A DNA stretch of 63,988 nt, filler included, from Stramenopiles sp. TOSAG23-2 (GCA_900128395.1; 13 parts of 13 records of this genome joined end to end with filler, not necessarily neighbours in it), one strand, 5' to 3'; positions 12,014-24,008 are shown, numbered from the whole stretch's first letter. Translations and numbers: made by a program. Notes: a model not told the origin generated them from the letters alone.

Positions 12014-15000
12014 ACTAAATGCGTTTGCGATGCTGAATGGGCTGGATTGCAATGCGAATTGAAAGGTTGTCCAGGAAATTGTAATAACAATGGTGAATGC
12101 GACCACAATCTAGGCCAATGCAAATGCAATGCCGGCTTCCGTGGCAAAACTTGTGCAACGGCGGTGAAATGTATCAACAATTGTACCAATCACGGTTCAT
12201 GTGTTTATGACATTGAGAATGTGAATGGAATGCCAAAATTTGATGGTGTCTGTAAATGCCATGCGGGTTTTAGCGGGGCAGATTGTAGCGAGATGCAATG
12301 TCCATTAGGATTGCCAAACCAGTTTGCTAAATCAGAGGAAGAATGTAGTGGAGATATTCATGGTGACTGTAACTCTAAAACGGGGGTCTGCTCATGCAAA
12401 CCTGGTTTTGGTGGTTTTGCGTGCGAATTTAGCTGCCCTTCTGGTACCCCATCACATAGTGGTAGGATTACTGATGATCAAGGAAAAGGTACCCCAACAG
12501 AAGGTGCTTTGTGGAATAATGGAAGCAGACCAACCATTGGATTGGGCCATGGTGCATGTAGTGGCCATGGTCTTTGCGTAACAAGTGCAGATGGAAAAGC
12601 GCGTTGCCAATGCGAGGAAGGTTTGTCAGGACCTGCATGTGATCAAGAGCAGCAATGTGAAAAAGGATGCAGTGGCCATGGGCGTTGTTTCCGGGGAGAA
12701 TGTGTATGTGAAATTGGTTACCGCGGATCGTTATGCGAAGAGAAAATTACTTGCCCAGTATCTGTCAAAGGAGATTTATGCAGCGGGCATGGCAAATGCC
12801 AATTTGGCAAATGTTTCTGTGATGTTGGATACAGACAAGAAGATTGCAACGAACGCATTTTATGCAGGGACGATTGTAATGGACATGGTATTTGCCACGA
12901 CACCAAATGTTTTTGCGCCGTTGGTTACAAAGGTAGTGCATGTGAGATACAGCAAGCATGCCCAAACAAATGCAGTGGCCACGGGCGTTGTTTTTTGGAC
13001 GAATGCAAATGTGAAAAAGGTTACACAGGATCCGACTGTGGTAAGGAAGATAAGCAACTACTGGTAGAGATTAAAGCTGATGGAAAATGTATGGGCGACT
13101 GCAGTGGACAAGGTGAATGTAGATTGGGAAAATGTTTCTGTCTCCCATCGTTCAAAGGTGAAGATTGTTCGGTGCCTGTAGACTACGAATGCCCTGGAGG
13201 CGCGGCAAAGGCAAAATGCAGCGGTAAAGGCGTGTGCAAATACAACAAATGTTTCTGCATGCCAGGATACACAGGCGAAGATTGTGCCGCAGAAGCTAAA
13301 TGCCCTAAAGATTGCTCTGGCAATGGTATCTGCAAAAATGGCCGTTGTTACTGCCGCCCTCCATTCCGTGGATTTGATTGCAACCAAACTGATGCATGCC
13401 CAAATGGATGTTCAGAGAGAGGTATATGTATGAAAGGAAAATGCATGTGCATAGAAGGTTTCGGAGGTAAAGATTGTAGCGAAGTGACTGGCAATAGTGA
13501 ATTATGCCCTGATGAATGCAGTGGACATGGTTCATGTGCACTTGGAAAATGTTTTTGTGACCCTGGATGGGGTGGGAAAGGATGTAATTTCAAGAAAAGA
13601 ATTACGTGCCCTGAGAATTGTAACCAGCAAGGTTTATGTCACAACGACGGGAAATGCTACTGTAACCCTGGACTTGGCGGCCGAGATTGCTCGACGCCAA
13701 TGCCATGCCCAGAGGGATGCACGCTTCATGGTATCTGCAAGTACGGCCGCTGCTTTTGTCAACCTGGATATTCTGGTTTGAACTGCTCTGTTCCAATTAA
13801 CGCAGAAGCAAGAGCGGATGCCGCGATTGCTAAATCAAAATATAAGCTTGCAAAGGTATGCCCAAATCAATGTTCTCATAACGGATTTTGCTTGGAAGGG
13901 AAATGCTTATGTCAGCCTGGATACGATGGTGTCGATTGTTCACGTGTAATAATCGGTAATGACGATTGCCCAAATGATTGTGGTGGGAAAGAATCGCCAA
14001 GAGGTTTATGCTGGTTAGGTAAATGCTTTTGTTTCCCTGGATTTTCTGGTGCCGACTGCATGGAAAGTGTGAAATTGCCATGCTCCGGGGGATGCTCTGA
14101 ACGTGGTCAATGCCACTTTGGAAAATGTTTTTGCGACGTTGGTTATATTGGCGAAGCTTGTGAAACGGAAGTGAAAAGCTGCCCAGACAGTTGTATGGGA
14201 CGAGGCCAATGTACACGTGGACGATGCGTATGCGAAATTGGGTACCGTGGTCATAACTGCAATACCACTGTTGGTGGTGAATATAAATGCTTGAACAATT
14301 GTGCAGGTAATGGTGCATGTATCATGGGCACCTGTCAATGTAACCCAGGCTTTATGGGGCAAGACTGTAGCATTGCTGTTCAAGACTTGCATAAGATGGG
14401 TGTGAAGAAAAATGCAATAGTTAGCGACCAAGATGCCGTTTTGTCAACTGTACATAACCCGGATCATATACAACAGACAGATGTGACATTAGCAGACCCT
14501 GACTATTTAGGGACTCCTAAGGATATGATAGTAACTACCGGTAACAACACAAAAGATAAAGAACACTTCCCAGTAGCGCCACAAAAGATAGATGGCAAAG
14601 CAGAACCTGTTATTGCTCCTACCAATAAGAAGAAAGCGGGTCATAACAATAAGAATGTAGGTTCGAGGCAACAGGCCATGCGTATGATGTTTGTGGAAGA
14701 AAACGAGGATGTTTTAAATAGCAAATGTAATGGCAACGGTATCGAAAAAGCCAATAAATGTTATTGTTATCCTGGATTTTCAGGCGAATTTTGCGACGAT
14801 AAATTAGAATGCCCTGGCCAATGTAGTAATAAAGGTATATGTAGTAGAGGTCAATGCTTTTGTAATCCAGGATTTACATCTTCGGATTGTTCCATAGCAA
14901 CTGCTGTTAATAGTACAAATAAGCATAAAAATAGTAATAGTAATGAAGACCAAAAGAGTTGCCCAAATGATTGTAATTTTAAGGGTCTATGTAAAGGTGG

Positions 15001-15286
15001 TGTATGCTGGTGCAAAGATGGTTTCACTGGTCCTTCTTGTGAAACGCAAGTAGATTTATCCATTGAAGCGTCTGCAATGAATGCGCAAACTGAAAGAAGT
15101 AAAATACTTGCTTCCGCAGCGTCTTTACCAATGAACATTGTATGTATCATTGGCTTTGGATCATTTGTAATTGGCTTAGTTGGGGCTATGGTATGGAGAA
15201 AGAAAGTAGAAGCACGCAATAGGGATAATATGAAAACTAGTGTATCAAATTCTTACATGAAAGTGCCATTATTTCAGCAACAGTAA
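12014..15286 (+). CDS. Tenascin/teneurin-like EGF-repeat single-pass membrane protein, 5'-truncated by contig end
   Basis: Frame is open from the contig edge (TKCVCDAEWAGLQC). More than 20 CPxxCSGHGxCxxGxCxCxxGxxGxxC repeats, then a TM helix (IVCIIGFGSFVIGLVGAMVW) and a short tail. Confidence 0.92.
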   Translation, partial: TKCVCDAEWAGLQCELKGCPGNCNNNGECDHNLGQCKCNAGFRGKTCATAVKCINNCTNHGSCVYDIENVNGMPKFDGVCKCHAGFSGADCSEMQCPLGLPNQFAKSEEECSGDIHGDCNSKTGVCSCKPGFGGFACEFSCPSGTPSHSGRITDDQGKGTPTEGALWNNGSRPTIGLGHGACSGHGLCVTSADGKARCQCEEGLSGPACDQEQQCEKGCSGHGRCFRGECVCEIGYRGSLCEEKITCPVSVKGDLCSGHGKCQFGKCFCDVGYRQEDCNERILCRDDCNGHGICHDTKCFCAVGYKGSACEIQQACPNKCSGHGRCFLDECKCEKGYTGSDCGKEDKQLLVEIKADGKCMGDCSGQGECRLGKCFCLPSFKGEDCSVPVDYECPGGAAKAKCSGKGVCKYNKCFCMPGYTGEDCAAEAKCPKDCSGNGICKNGRCYCRPPFRGFDCNQTDACPNGCSERGICMKGKCMCIEGFGGKDCSEVTGNSELCPDECSGHGSCALGKCFCDPGWGGKGCNFKKRITCPENCNQQGLCHNDGKCYCNPGLGGRDCSTPMPCPEGCTLHGICKYGRCFCQPGYSGLNCSVPINAEARADAAIAKSKYKLAKVCPNQCSHNGFCLEGKCLCQPGYDGVDCSRVIIGNDDCPNDCGGKESPRGLCWLGKCFCFPGFSGADCMESVKLPCSGGCSERGQCHFGKCFCDVGYIGEACETEVKSCPDSCMGRGQCTRGRCVCEIGYRGHNCNTTVGGEYKCLNNCAGNGACIMGTCQCNPGFMGQDCSIAVQDLHKMGVKKNAIVSDQDAVLSTVHNPDHIQQTDVTLADPDYLGTPKDMIVTTGNNTKDKEHFPVAPQKIDGKAEPVIAPTNKKKAGHNNKNVGSRQQAMRMMFVEENEDVLNSKCNGNGIEKANKCYCYPGFSGEFCDDKLECPGQCSNKGICSRGQCFCNPGFTSSDCSIATAVNSTNKHKNSNSNEDQKSCPNDCNFKGLCKGGVCWCKDGFTGPSCETQVDLSIEASAMNAQTERSKILASAASLPMNIVCIIGFGSFVIGLVGAMVWRKKVEARNRDNMKTSVSNSYMKVPLFQQQ

Positions 15287-15534
15287 TTTTATGATATGAT
15301 ATTATATGAACTTCAATATTTTTAAAAATAAATTCATTGAGAGTATGATAGTGTATAAACATAAAAAAGCTGTAAAATGAAAAATTATAATATTTTATAT
15401 AAATACATATTCGTATATAACTACCCTTATTGTCGTCTGTTGTGTTATTATATAGTATGAATTTCCCTGTAATATTTACGTATACTCTTTAGTACGCACA
15501 ACATGTGCCATACTCCCCGAATCATACATGATAT

Positions 15535-17874
15535 TTATTGTGCATTGTTGATTTTCAGTAGAGCTTCTTGAATTTCATTTTGCATTGCTTTTAATTTATC
15601 ATTTAAGCGCTTTTCGGAATTATATAGAGATGCATCGAATCTCTTTGCTAACTGTTCTATCGTTGCATTATTGACATGTACTTTATTTCCCAAGTTGTTA
15701 TTATTAGAAGCTATGGAGTCCTTCACTTCATCGTGTTTCTCATTTTCGTTCACTTCAAAAATTGTTTCGGTCGCATTTGATATGTCTACCAAACTGCTCC
15801 TTTGGCGGTGAAATTTACTTTTAGGTTTGTCGTTTTTCTTGTCTGAGGATACAGAGAAGAAATCAAAAAATTCATCTAATGAAACTTTGCCATCGTTATT
15901 TGTATCAAAACGCGCTATAATATTTTGTATTACATCTGGACTAGCTTGAAAACCTAAATTAATCAACGCTTCATTTAATTGTAAAAAAGTTAAGTTTCCA
16001 TCCCCTGCCGTATCATATTTCTCAAATTGTCCACGTACCGATAACTTGTGCTCAGTCGCATCTCGTTGCAACATAGTTTGGATTTGATCACTCAATAATT
16101 CTACCTCTCGAGCGTGTTTCAAGAACTTCCGCCGAAATGCCAACCATATACTGGCCCTTCTTACTTTTCTCTTTTCAAGCGGAAAGTTTTCCAATAACTT
16201 CATAAAAATATTACGGGGTAAAAGAATTAGCTCACAGTATGTCAAGGCAATGGCAGGCGATAAACGTCGTAGCTCTTTATTTGCTAGTACCATATCTAGG
16301 CCCCATATCATACCGCTACATTTAACCATCATATCTTTAATGGCAACGCCTCGTACAACTACATGAAACGTGGTTCCATCGATAGTTTCCATCGGTGGAT
16401 AAATAGCTGCCCTTAACAAGAGTGCGACAGAGGTTATAAATGCTTCGCTTGCATTTCGCAACCAAGACACTTTCTCTAACCACGGCCCTGTCAACACTTT
16501 AGCGACATGTCCTTTCAAAGACGGTGATAAATGGTTCATAATAGCTTGGTAGCTTTCCATTCTGTCCAAAGCTTGTCGCCGCCCATAATACTCACGCAAT
16601 TGCAATTTTAACTGTGTATCAAATCCCTTTTCAACTACAAACTGATCCAATAGTTCCATCATTTGATGGTGCTCTAATTGCGTTTTTTGAGAAAAGTGAA
16701 TAATGGTTGTAATCATACTTATCAAGTATGCCCATAATATAGAACCGATAAGCATCGCAATAGTAGCAAGATATCTCTCAGAATATGTTGTCGGATTGCC
16801 GGCATCTCCATACCCAATTGTTGTTACTGTTTGTACAGCCCAATATAGACAGACAGGGTACATGCCTCTAAAGGAGGGCGGCCATTCATGCCCAGTTACA
16901 TAGCCACCTTGGACGTACCACGTTTCGGAGAGTGTCTCAGTATGTGCATTTACAGTGACAACCATCATCCACATGCATGCCATAAAATGTATAACAAATA
17001 GAATGGTTGACACTAGCCAAAAAATCATTTGGTACGAATGTCGTAGCTCTAAGTAGAGCTTAATTTTTTCAATAATTCTACCATGTGCTATCACTTTAAC
17101 CAATTTCACTAGACGTAATAAACGAAGGAGTTTCAGCCATCTTAGTATCGTTAAATTACTATTCACAGAACTACTGTCCGAATAAACGATAAACACGTCA
17201 TATGGTATAAATGAAACAAAATCAATCACAAACCATGATGTCACGTAATTCCAAAATATTTTATAATGGCTTCTTTCCCACGTAGTACACCATGTGGAAT
17301 CATGTTGCCTCGAGGGATACATCAAAACAAAATGTGCGAGGATGTCAAAAAAGAGAAAAATATCAATCACCCGATTTATTATAAATAAAGGGTGTTTCCT
17401 ATATTCATAATTAGCCTCCAAAAATGCACATTCCACGGGAACTGAGAATGCCAAAAAAATTAAAATTATTAATAGTCCTAGATCCCAATATTGCATCGTT
17501 TTTGAGTTTGGATGCAACAAATATTTCGAAGTAGGCAGCATTCGCTTGAATTTTTCACCAACTCTGGATTCCGTCAAGTGCTTTTGATTTTTAAAAGAAA
17601 CTATTTTTACAAATTCAGCTTCGGAAATTTTGTCATCAGAATCTATATCCAACACATTAACAACGGAGCGTATTTCCTTTTCATTACACGCAATTCCCAT
17701 TGAAGCTACAGCCTCCGGTAATTCTGTACCATTTATGTATCCTACATTTTTAGAGTCATACTCGCGAAATCGGCGCGCGGCTTCTAATTCCTCGTTTCCT
17801 ATTTCTATTTCATTACATAATTCGTTGATTTTTATACATATACCGCCAAACATTTCTATTGCGGCTTTGCTCAT
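15535..17874 (-). CDS. Voltage-gated K+ channel of the CNBD/EAG type with EF-hand pairs at both ends
   Basis: S4 LRWLKLLRLLRLVKLVK, filter TTIGYGD, C-linker/CNBD-like region. EF loops DSKNVGYINGTE, DIDSDDKISEAE, DTAGDGNLTFLQ, DTNNDGKVSLDE. Confidence 0.9.
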   Translation of the reverse strand: MSKAAIEMFGGICIKINELCNEIEIGNEELEAARRFREYDSKNVGYINGTELPEAVASMGIACNEKEIRSVVNVLDIDSDDKISEAEFVKIVSFKNQKHLTESRVGEKFKRMLPTSKYLLHPNSKTMQYWDLGLLIILIFLAFSVPVECAFLEANYEYRKHPLFIINRVIDIFLFFDILAHFVLMYPSRQHDSTWCTTWERSHYKIFWNYVTSWFVIDFVSFIPYDVFIVYSDSSSVNSNLTILRWLKLLRLLRLVKLVKVIAHGRIIEKIKLYLELRHSYQMIFWLVSTILFVIHFMACMWMMVVTVNAHTETLSETWYVQGGYVTGHEWPPSFRGMYPVCLYWAVQTVTTIGYGDAGNPTTYSERYLATIAMLIGSILWAYLISMITTIIHFSQKTQLEHHQMMELLDQFVVEKGFDTQLKLQLREYYGRRQALDRMESYQAIMNHLSPSLKGHVAKVLTGPWLEKVSWLRNASEAFITSVALLLRAAIYPPMETIDGTTFHVVVRGVAIKDMMVKCSGMIWGLDMVLANKELRRLSPAIALTYCELILLPRNIFMKLLENFPLEKRKVRRASIWLAFRRKFLKHAREVELLSDQIQTMLQRDATEHKLSVRGQFEKYDTAGDGNLTFLQLNEALINLGFQASPDVIQNIIARFDTNNDGKVSLDEFFDFFSVSSDKKNDKPKSKFHRQRSSLVDISNATETIFEVNENEKHDEVKDSIASNNNNLGNKVHVNNATIEQLAKRFDASLYNSEKRLNDKLKAMQNEIQEALLKINNAQ

Positions 17875-18012
17875 AGTTCTTGATAACCGCCGTATGGATC
17901 TTGCTTATATANNNNNNNNNNNNNNNNNNNNNNNNNNNNNNNNNNNNNNNNNNNNTTAATTAATTAANNNNNNNNNNNNNNNNNNNNNNNNNNNNNNNNN
18001 NNNNNNNNNNNA

Positions 18013-20634
18013 ACACCAAAAACAAATGAAAATGAAGGTAATATTGAAAAAGACGAGGCACCAAATTTACTTGCTGATTTATTATCAGAAGCTGTTTTAG
18101 AAACAGAGTCCGGGACTACCACTGAAACAATTGAAAAAATAGGTGTGGAAACCACTACGACTTCCTCGAAGAATGTGGTGGGAAATACTGAGACCATTGT
18201 CAAAAAGAATATACCAAAAACGTTACCACCTCTATCAATTGATTTGGTCAATTCAACCGAAGATAACGATAAGAAGAAGAACGACAATAATAATAATAAC
18301 AATAATAACAATAACATAGCTGATAAGACGTCCGAACCCAATGAAAATATTGACGAAAACGCTAAACCAGTTGTTTCAGCAGTTGCAATAGTAAAAGGTT
18401 CATTATTAAGTGGTAGTTCTGATTCCTCCGAGTCTTCATCGGAGGAAAGTGATGTAGATGAAATAACGGTAGAATTAAATAATAATAATAACGACAAGGT
18501 TGGAGCTGATAATGGGAATGAAATAGAAGAAGGTCTTGAAATTGACGTGGAGCTTGCGAAAGAAATTGCTTTATCGCGTGCTAAAATTGTAGCGAAACAT
18601 AAGAAAGAAAAAGAAAAGTTATCAGCTGAAAACGAGAATGATGATCTGAAGAAAAACATAACAATAACACCTCCTGCTGCAGCGACAACTGCATTAGATG
18701 GAATATCTATATCTTTTTCAATTGATCCTCCAAATAATAATAATAGTAAAAAAACGGAAGAGGAAGAGGAGGAGGAAAAAAGAAAAAAACAACAAGAAGA
18801 GGTAGATGATTTTTTTGGTATTAAATACCAACCTACTGTACGTCGACAACAAGGTACTGATTTTGAGAATCAAACACATTGGGAACGCGAATATGAAAAA
18901 GAAATGCAAGGGGAATCGATCTTTTCAAATAGCCCGGAAAAAGACGATACAAATAATAATGATGGTGATAATGATGATGAATTTGATTTTGATTCTGAAT
19001 CTGATGAAGAGGAAGGTACTACCACCAATAATATTGTTGTGAAAAAAACTATACCTACAATTTCCACCGAAACTGAAGAAGCGCGTAAATTAAGAATGAA
19101 AAAAGAAGAAGAAGCATTAATTAAATCTATGAAAGAAGAAATGGAAGCAGTACAAAAAAAAAGAGAAGAAAAAGAAAGAAAAAGACGTGAAGAAGCAATA
19201 GGGATAGTTAGCGATAACAATAATGAAACAACTGATATTAAAGCTTCATTATTAAAAGCACAGCGTGAAATTACTGAAAAATATTCAAATACGGAAAAGG
19301 ATAAGGAAGCTAATAATGATAATAAAAATGAGACAAATGATAAAGTTATTAAAAAGAAAATGCCAGAAATACGTTTGTCAATAACAGAGCAAAGTGGACC
19401 ATTAGAAGTATTCAATGAGGACGAGGAAGAAGAAGAGGAGGAAGAAGATATGAATGATTCTTTTGAACATGGCAAAATTGAAATTGGTAAAGCAATAACT
19501 ATTAAAGCACCAACACCAGATAAAGTAAAGGAAGTGAAACCAGAGGATAATACTGTCAAAAAGCATAGTCATGCAAAAAGTGTTAAAGAACAAGTATTAA
19601 ATGAATTTGAGGAAGATGAAGATGATGATGACGACGATGGTACAGAGGATAAAAAAGATCCAGAAACGTCATTAAATGATGACAGGGCAATACAAGCTGC
19701 TGAATTTGATGCATTGGTTTCGATGGAAAAACCTGTTGTTGGTGGAGCACAAACTACTGGTGAACGTTTAAAAGCACTTGGTAAAGGTAAAGCAATTACA
19801 TATAAACAAGGATTGAAGGAAATATTAGCAGCCAGCGAAGAATTGGAAAAGAATCGAGCTAATATTGTTACTCAAACAAAACCAACCTATTTTAAAAAAC
19901 GTAGCGGATTGATGGGAATGTTTGGATCTAAGAAGCCAAAGAAGTTGAATACTAATTTATTTGATGAACGTGATAAAATATTTTTAATGGCACAATTAAA
20001 ATTTAACCCTGATAACGATACCCACGTAAAAATAATACAAGGTGTTTATCGGCGTATAACTGGATCGAATCGTGACATACCATTACAAGCGCGTATGTGG
20101 ATGGATATTGGTTTTCAAACACCAAACCCTCAAACTGATATTCGCGGCACTGGCGTCTTTGGTTTATTACAAATGTTAGGTTTTGTAAATTCCCATTTTG
20201 ATTTAGTATATAAAATACATAAATTGTCATTGACGGAAACAAATTCATTTCCATTGATGGCAACTGCGTTTAATATAAGTGGTACATGTTTAAATGCATT
20301 GAGGCAAGGTGCATTGAATAAAGTAGCAAATGATAATAAAAGCATATTTGAAACCGTGCAAGATTTTTATGAAAGTACATTTTTTGCATTTTATCACGAA
20401 TTCCAAAAGAAAACATATGCTGATAAAATTGATAGTATACGTAACTTTCAGCCAATTTTTCAAGAAGCGATGCTTAATTCAACACGTAAACCATTAGAGG
20501 CAATGGATACTTTAGCAAAATATTTAATTGGTCAACAAAAACAAAAGAAGGAACAAGAGTTGCAATTTACAAATATGAAAGCAGAAGTTAAAAAGGCAAA
20601 TGATAAGAAGCAAAGTGAATTTGGTGGAGTATGA
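18013..20634 (+). CDS. ELMO/CED-12 domain (ELMOD-like Arf/Arl GAP) protein with long acidic low-complexity N-terminus, 5'-truncated
   Basis: Frame open from the contig edge. GAP signature WMDIGFQTPNPQTDIRGTGVFGLLQM, plus FPLMATAFNIS. Confidence 0.88.
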   Translation, partial: TPKTNENEGNIEKDEAPNLLADLLSEAVLETESGTTTETIEKIGVETTTTSSKNVVGNTETIVKKNIPKTLPPLSIDLVNSTEDNDKKKNDNNNNNNNNNNIADKTSEPNENIDENAKPVVSAVAIVKGSLLSGSSDSSESSSEESDVDEITVELNNNNNDKVGADNGNEIEEGLEIDVELAKEIALSRAKIVAKHKKEKEKLSAENENDDLKKNITITPPAAATTALDGISISFSIDPPNNNNSKKTEEEEEEEKRKKQQEEVDDFFGIKYQPTVRRQQGTDFENQTHWEREYEKEMQGESIFSNSPEKDDTNNNDGDNDDEFDFDSESDEEEGTTTNNIVVKKTIPTISTETEEARKLRMKKEEEALIKSMKEEMEAVQKKREEKERKRREEAIGIVSDNNNETTDIKASLLKAQREITEKYSNTEKDKEANNDNKNETNDKVIKKKMPEIRLSITEQSGPLEVFNEDEEEEEEEEDMNDSFEHGKIEIGKAITIKAPTPDKVKEVKPEDNTVKKHSHAKSVKEQVLNEFEEDEDDDDDDGTEDKKDPETSLNDDRAIQAAEFDALVSMEKPVVGGAQTTGERLKALGKGKAITYKQGLKEILAASEELEKNRANIVTQTKPTYFKKRSGLMGMFGSKKPKKLNTNLFDERDKIFLMAQLKFNPDNDTHVKIIQGVYRRITGSNRDIPLQARMWMDIGFQTPNPQTDIRGTGVFGLLQMLGFVNSHFDLVYKIHKLSLTETNSFPLMATAFNISGTCLNALRQGALNKVANDNKSIFETVQDFYESTFFAFYHEFQKKTYADKIDSIRNFQPIFQEAMLNSTRKPLEAMDTLAKYLIGQQKQKKEQELQFTNMKAEVKKANDKKQSEFGGV

Positions 20635-21076
20635 AAAGGATTAATGATGTCTGTGTCGGTGTGTTTGATACGAATGTATATTAATATTATATATGTGTAT
20701 GTACGTATATTTTTTTTATTGAATTTTTATATATATATCATATATTTATTAATACATATCATCATAGCATTATTTTTTTGATTAGTGCATTATCGATTTT
20801 AATTTTTTACTTTTTATTATTTTTTCGCATCACTTCCATTTCATCTCGATGTGCCCCAATGATATTCCCATACTAATGCGGACACCACGATCTTTGCCAG
20901 TGACTTCATTAGAGAATAGCAGGTAAATACCACCACAACTTAGATATATACGAAACGTGCAGACATATTTACATAAACATAAACAAACACATGTGCAGAC
21001 GAGATAAAAGAAGAGTGTACAGACGATAAATACTTTCTAGTTTTACGATCTCAAATAAATTTACTGTTATAATAGT

Positions 21077-21325
21077 CGTCTCTAGTTATTATTTAATATT
21101 TGTGAAAGTTTATAAATAATATAGATATATAATTGATTCTTTCACTTTTCGCATATTTGTATCAATAAAGAAAGTATAACATGCATGATTTGATTCTATT
21201 AGATGCATCTGCTCTTAATTTTTGAGCACAATGGATACATACAAACTGACCCCTCTTAAGTGTTGCCCAGTTTGGATTTTTAGTACCGCAATCAGCACAA
21301 TTGGTTTTGCGAAAAAGTTGGCACG
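21077..21325 (-). pseudogene. Duplicated 5'-less copy of the ArfGAP-like sequence
   Basis: Near-identical to about 21480-21725 but lacks the start region. Confidence 0.75.
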
Positions 21326-21564
21326 AATGTATATTAATATTATATATATGTGTACGTATATTTTTTTTATTAAATTTTTATATATCATATTATTAATACA
21401 TATCATATCATAGCATTATTTTGATTATCGATTTTAATTTTTTACTTTTTATTATTTTTTCGCATCACTTCCGTATCAACGTCTCTAGTTATTATTTAAT
21501 ATTTGTGAAAGTTTATAAATAATATAGATATATAATTGATTCTTTCACTTTTCGCATATTTGTA

Positions 21565-21810
21565 TCAATAAAGAAAGTATAACATGCATGATTTGATTCT
21601 ATTAGATGCATCTGCTCTTAATTTTTGAGCACAATGGATACATACAAACTGACCCCTCTTAAGTGTTGCCCAGTTTGGATTTTTAGTACCGCAATCAGCA
21701 CAATTGGTTTTGCGAAAAAGTTGGCGCAATTCTTTGTGAAATCCTTTATCTAATTTCTCAATTTCTGTTTTATCATATTTATTTCCTAATTTTGATGTAG
21801 TTGTTGACAT
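21565..21810 (-). CDS. Small ArfGAP zinc-finger-like protein; 3' end uncertain and lies in a duplicated region
   Basis: CADC-x16-CIHC-x4-R with the arginine finger retained, and PNWAT. Confidence 0.7.
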   Translation of the reverse strand: MSTTTSKLGNKYDKTEIEKLDKGFHKELRQLFRKTNCADCGTKNPNWATLKRGQFVCIHCAQKLRADASNRIKSCMLYFLY

Positions 21811-22400
21811 ATTCTGTTTTGCTTGTTGTAATTTGTTTTGTTATTTTGTTGTTATGGTTGAATAATTATTTTATTTTCGTTCTTTCTTGTTTTAGATGTT
21901 TGTTTTACAATTCTTTATTTTTGTTTCTGTTCTTCTGTGTACTTTCATGTACTTTCATATATGCACATATGTTGAATTTTGTATTTTTTTTACCTCTTTT
22001 AACCCTGCGGCTAAAATTTGTACTTGTTAGTATATAAGTACTTTGCAAATTTCCATAAAATCTTGAATAAAGTCGTCCCACAATCTAAATCCCCAATCTT
22101 ATTACGCCACGTCTTACTTGTATTTTAACACCACACAGTATTAGTATTCATGAAAAAGGACAGTCACTCATCTACTATATGATGTATGATGTGCCAATAT
22201 TATGCACAAAACACACCAACACTTTAACTTATGTGATATATCTAACCCACATCATATATTAATATATATATATAATACGTAACTATCGCGAAAAAAAGAA
22301 ATTGTTAAAACGAAAGAAATCGATATTATAATATTAAAAAAAAGATTCATATATCTATCTATAAACGTTTAACAAATTAGCTCTATATTATTACAAAAAC

Positions 22401-23829
22401 ATGCCAAAATTGACAAGTGCAAAATCATTAAAAAATAATGGATACATGCGTTTAAAAAAAAGATTACAGGATAAAAATGAAAATGCAAAATCTAATGATG
22501 AGAAAGAGAGAGATTCAACCAAAGCAGCGAAACGAAAAGCTCCAACGACAAAATCTAAAAATAGCAAATTGAGTAAATTGATTACACGATGTGCATCTGG
22601 TGGAGTGATGTTTATGCTATTCTCTTATATCATATATCAAGGACATCTTGCTGTTGCTGGTACAATGATTATGTTGCAAATTTTAACTTTTAGGGAATTA
22701 GTTAATTTAAGATATAAAAAAACAAAAGAGAAACATATGCCATATTTTCGTAGTTTACAATGGTTATGGTTTTCAGTAGCAATGTTCTTTGCGCATGGCT
22801 CATCCTGGTTGAAAGCACCAATGGGAGTTGATAAGCATATATTTTCAAATTATATTGAACAATATTTATTATCAAATACAAGTATTCAAAATCATATGGC
22901 CTTTTTTGAATTATTTTCCTTTGGATTATTTTCCGTAGCATTTATGCTTTCCGTACTTTCATTGAGAAAAGATTTATATGATTATCAAATCACACAATTT
23001 ACATGGACGTTAATGTGCCTTGTAATTTTAGTATTGCAAATGAAAACATTAGTATATAATATTTACAATGGGTTATTTTGGTTTGTGTTTCCATTTTTAA
23101 CAGTAGTTGCAAATGATGTAGGTGCATATTTTGCTGGAATTACTTTAGGAGGAAAAATATTCACATATAAAGTTGCTAATCCAAATATTTATCGCCCAAT
23201 TACATTTTTAAAATTAAGCCCAAAGAAAACATGGTTCGTAAATTCTATTTCCCTAAACCTAAAGTAGTTATCCTGTCTAACACATCTGTCATTCATACGC
23301 TACGCTCCACAGGGAAGGTTTTATTGGTGCGATGTTTTTTACAATTGCATTTGGATATTACGGTTCCCAATATTTGGGACAAATGAAACATTTAGGTTGT
23401 ACCTACCAGGAATCTAGACATGGTATTAACGACGTGTGTATGAATGACCAATTATTTCAAGATGAAATTAAATATCATGGTGTTGCAATGGCAGTTTTTG
23501 CAAGTATTGTAGCCCCGTTTGGAGGGTTTTGGGCAAGTGCAATAAAGCGTGCTTGTAATATAAAAGATTTCGATCATTTGATTCCAGGCCATGGTGGATT
23601 TATGGATCGTATTGATTGCCAATTAATTATGGTTTCATTTGTATATTTATATTATGCAACTTTCATCGCGAGACCATCATTTTTAACTGATGATAATCAT
23701 TCTCTTGATGCTATTTATGATTTAGCATTGGGAAATCTATCACCAACTGAACAATGTTTGTTAGCACAAAAATTAAATAGTGGTAGTAATATATCAGCTT
23801 TTCCTGATTTTGCATTGTCCATGTTTTAA
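22401..23829 (+). CDS. CDS1: Phosphatidate cytidylyltransferase (CDP-DAG synthase). Exons 22401-23233 and 23313-23829, with a 79-nt GT-AG intron at 23234-23312
   Basis: Splicing restores the conserved LSPKKTWEGFIG. Also NDVGAYFAG and APFGGFWASAIKRACNIKDFDHLIPGHGGFMDRIDCQ. Branch-like ctaac inside the intron. Confidence 0.93.
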
Positions 23830-24008
23830 TATTATTATTATTATTATTATTACTATTATTTGTTGGTGTAGATATTTTTAATCTTGATATCGATGGAGAT
23901 TGTACTTTNNNNNNNNNNNNNNNNNNNNNNNNNNNNNNNNNNNNNNNNNNNNTTAATTAATTAANNNNNNNNNNNNNNNNNNNNNNNNNNNNNNNNNNNN
24001 NNNNNNNN

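Noticed and set aside
12324-15219. Many alternate-frame and antisense ORFs within the EGF-repeat gene
   Set aside because: Shadow ORFs of a higher-GC repetitive CDS.
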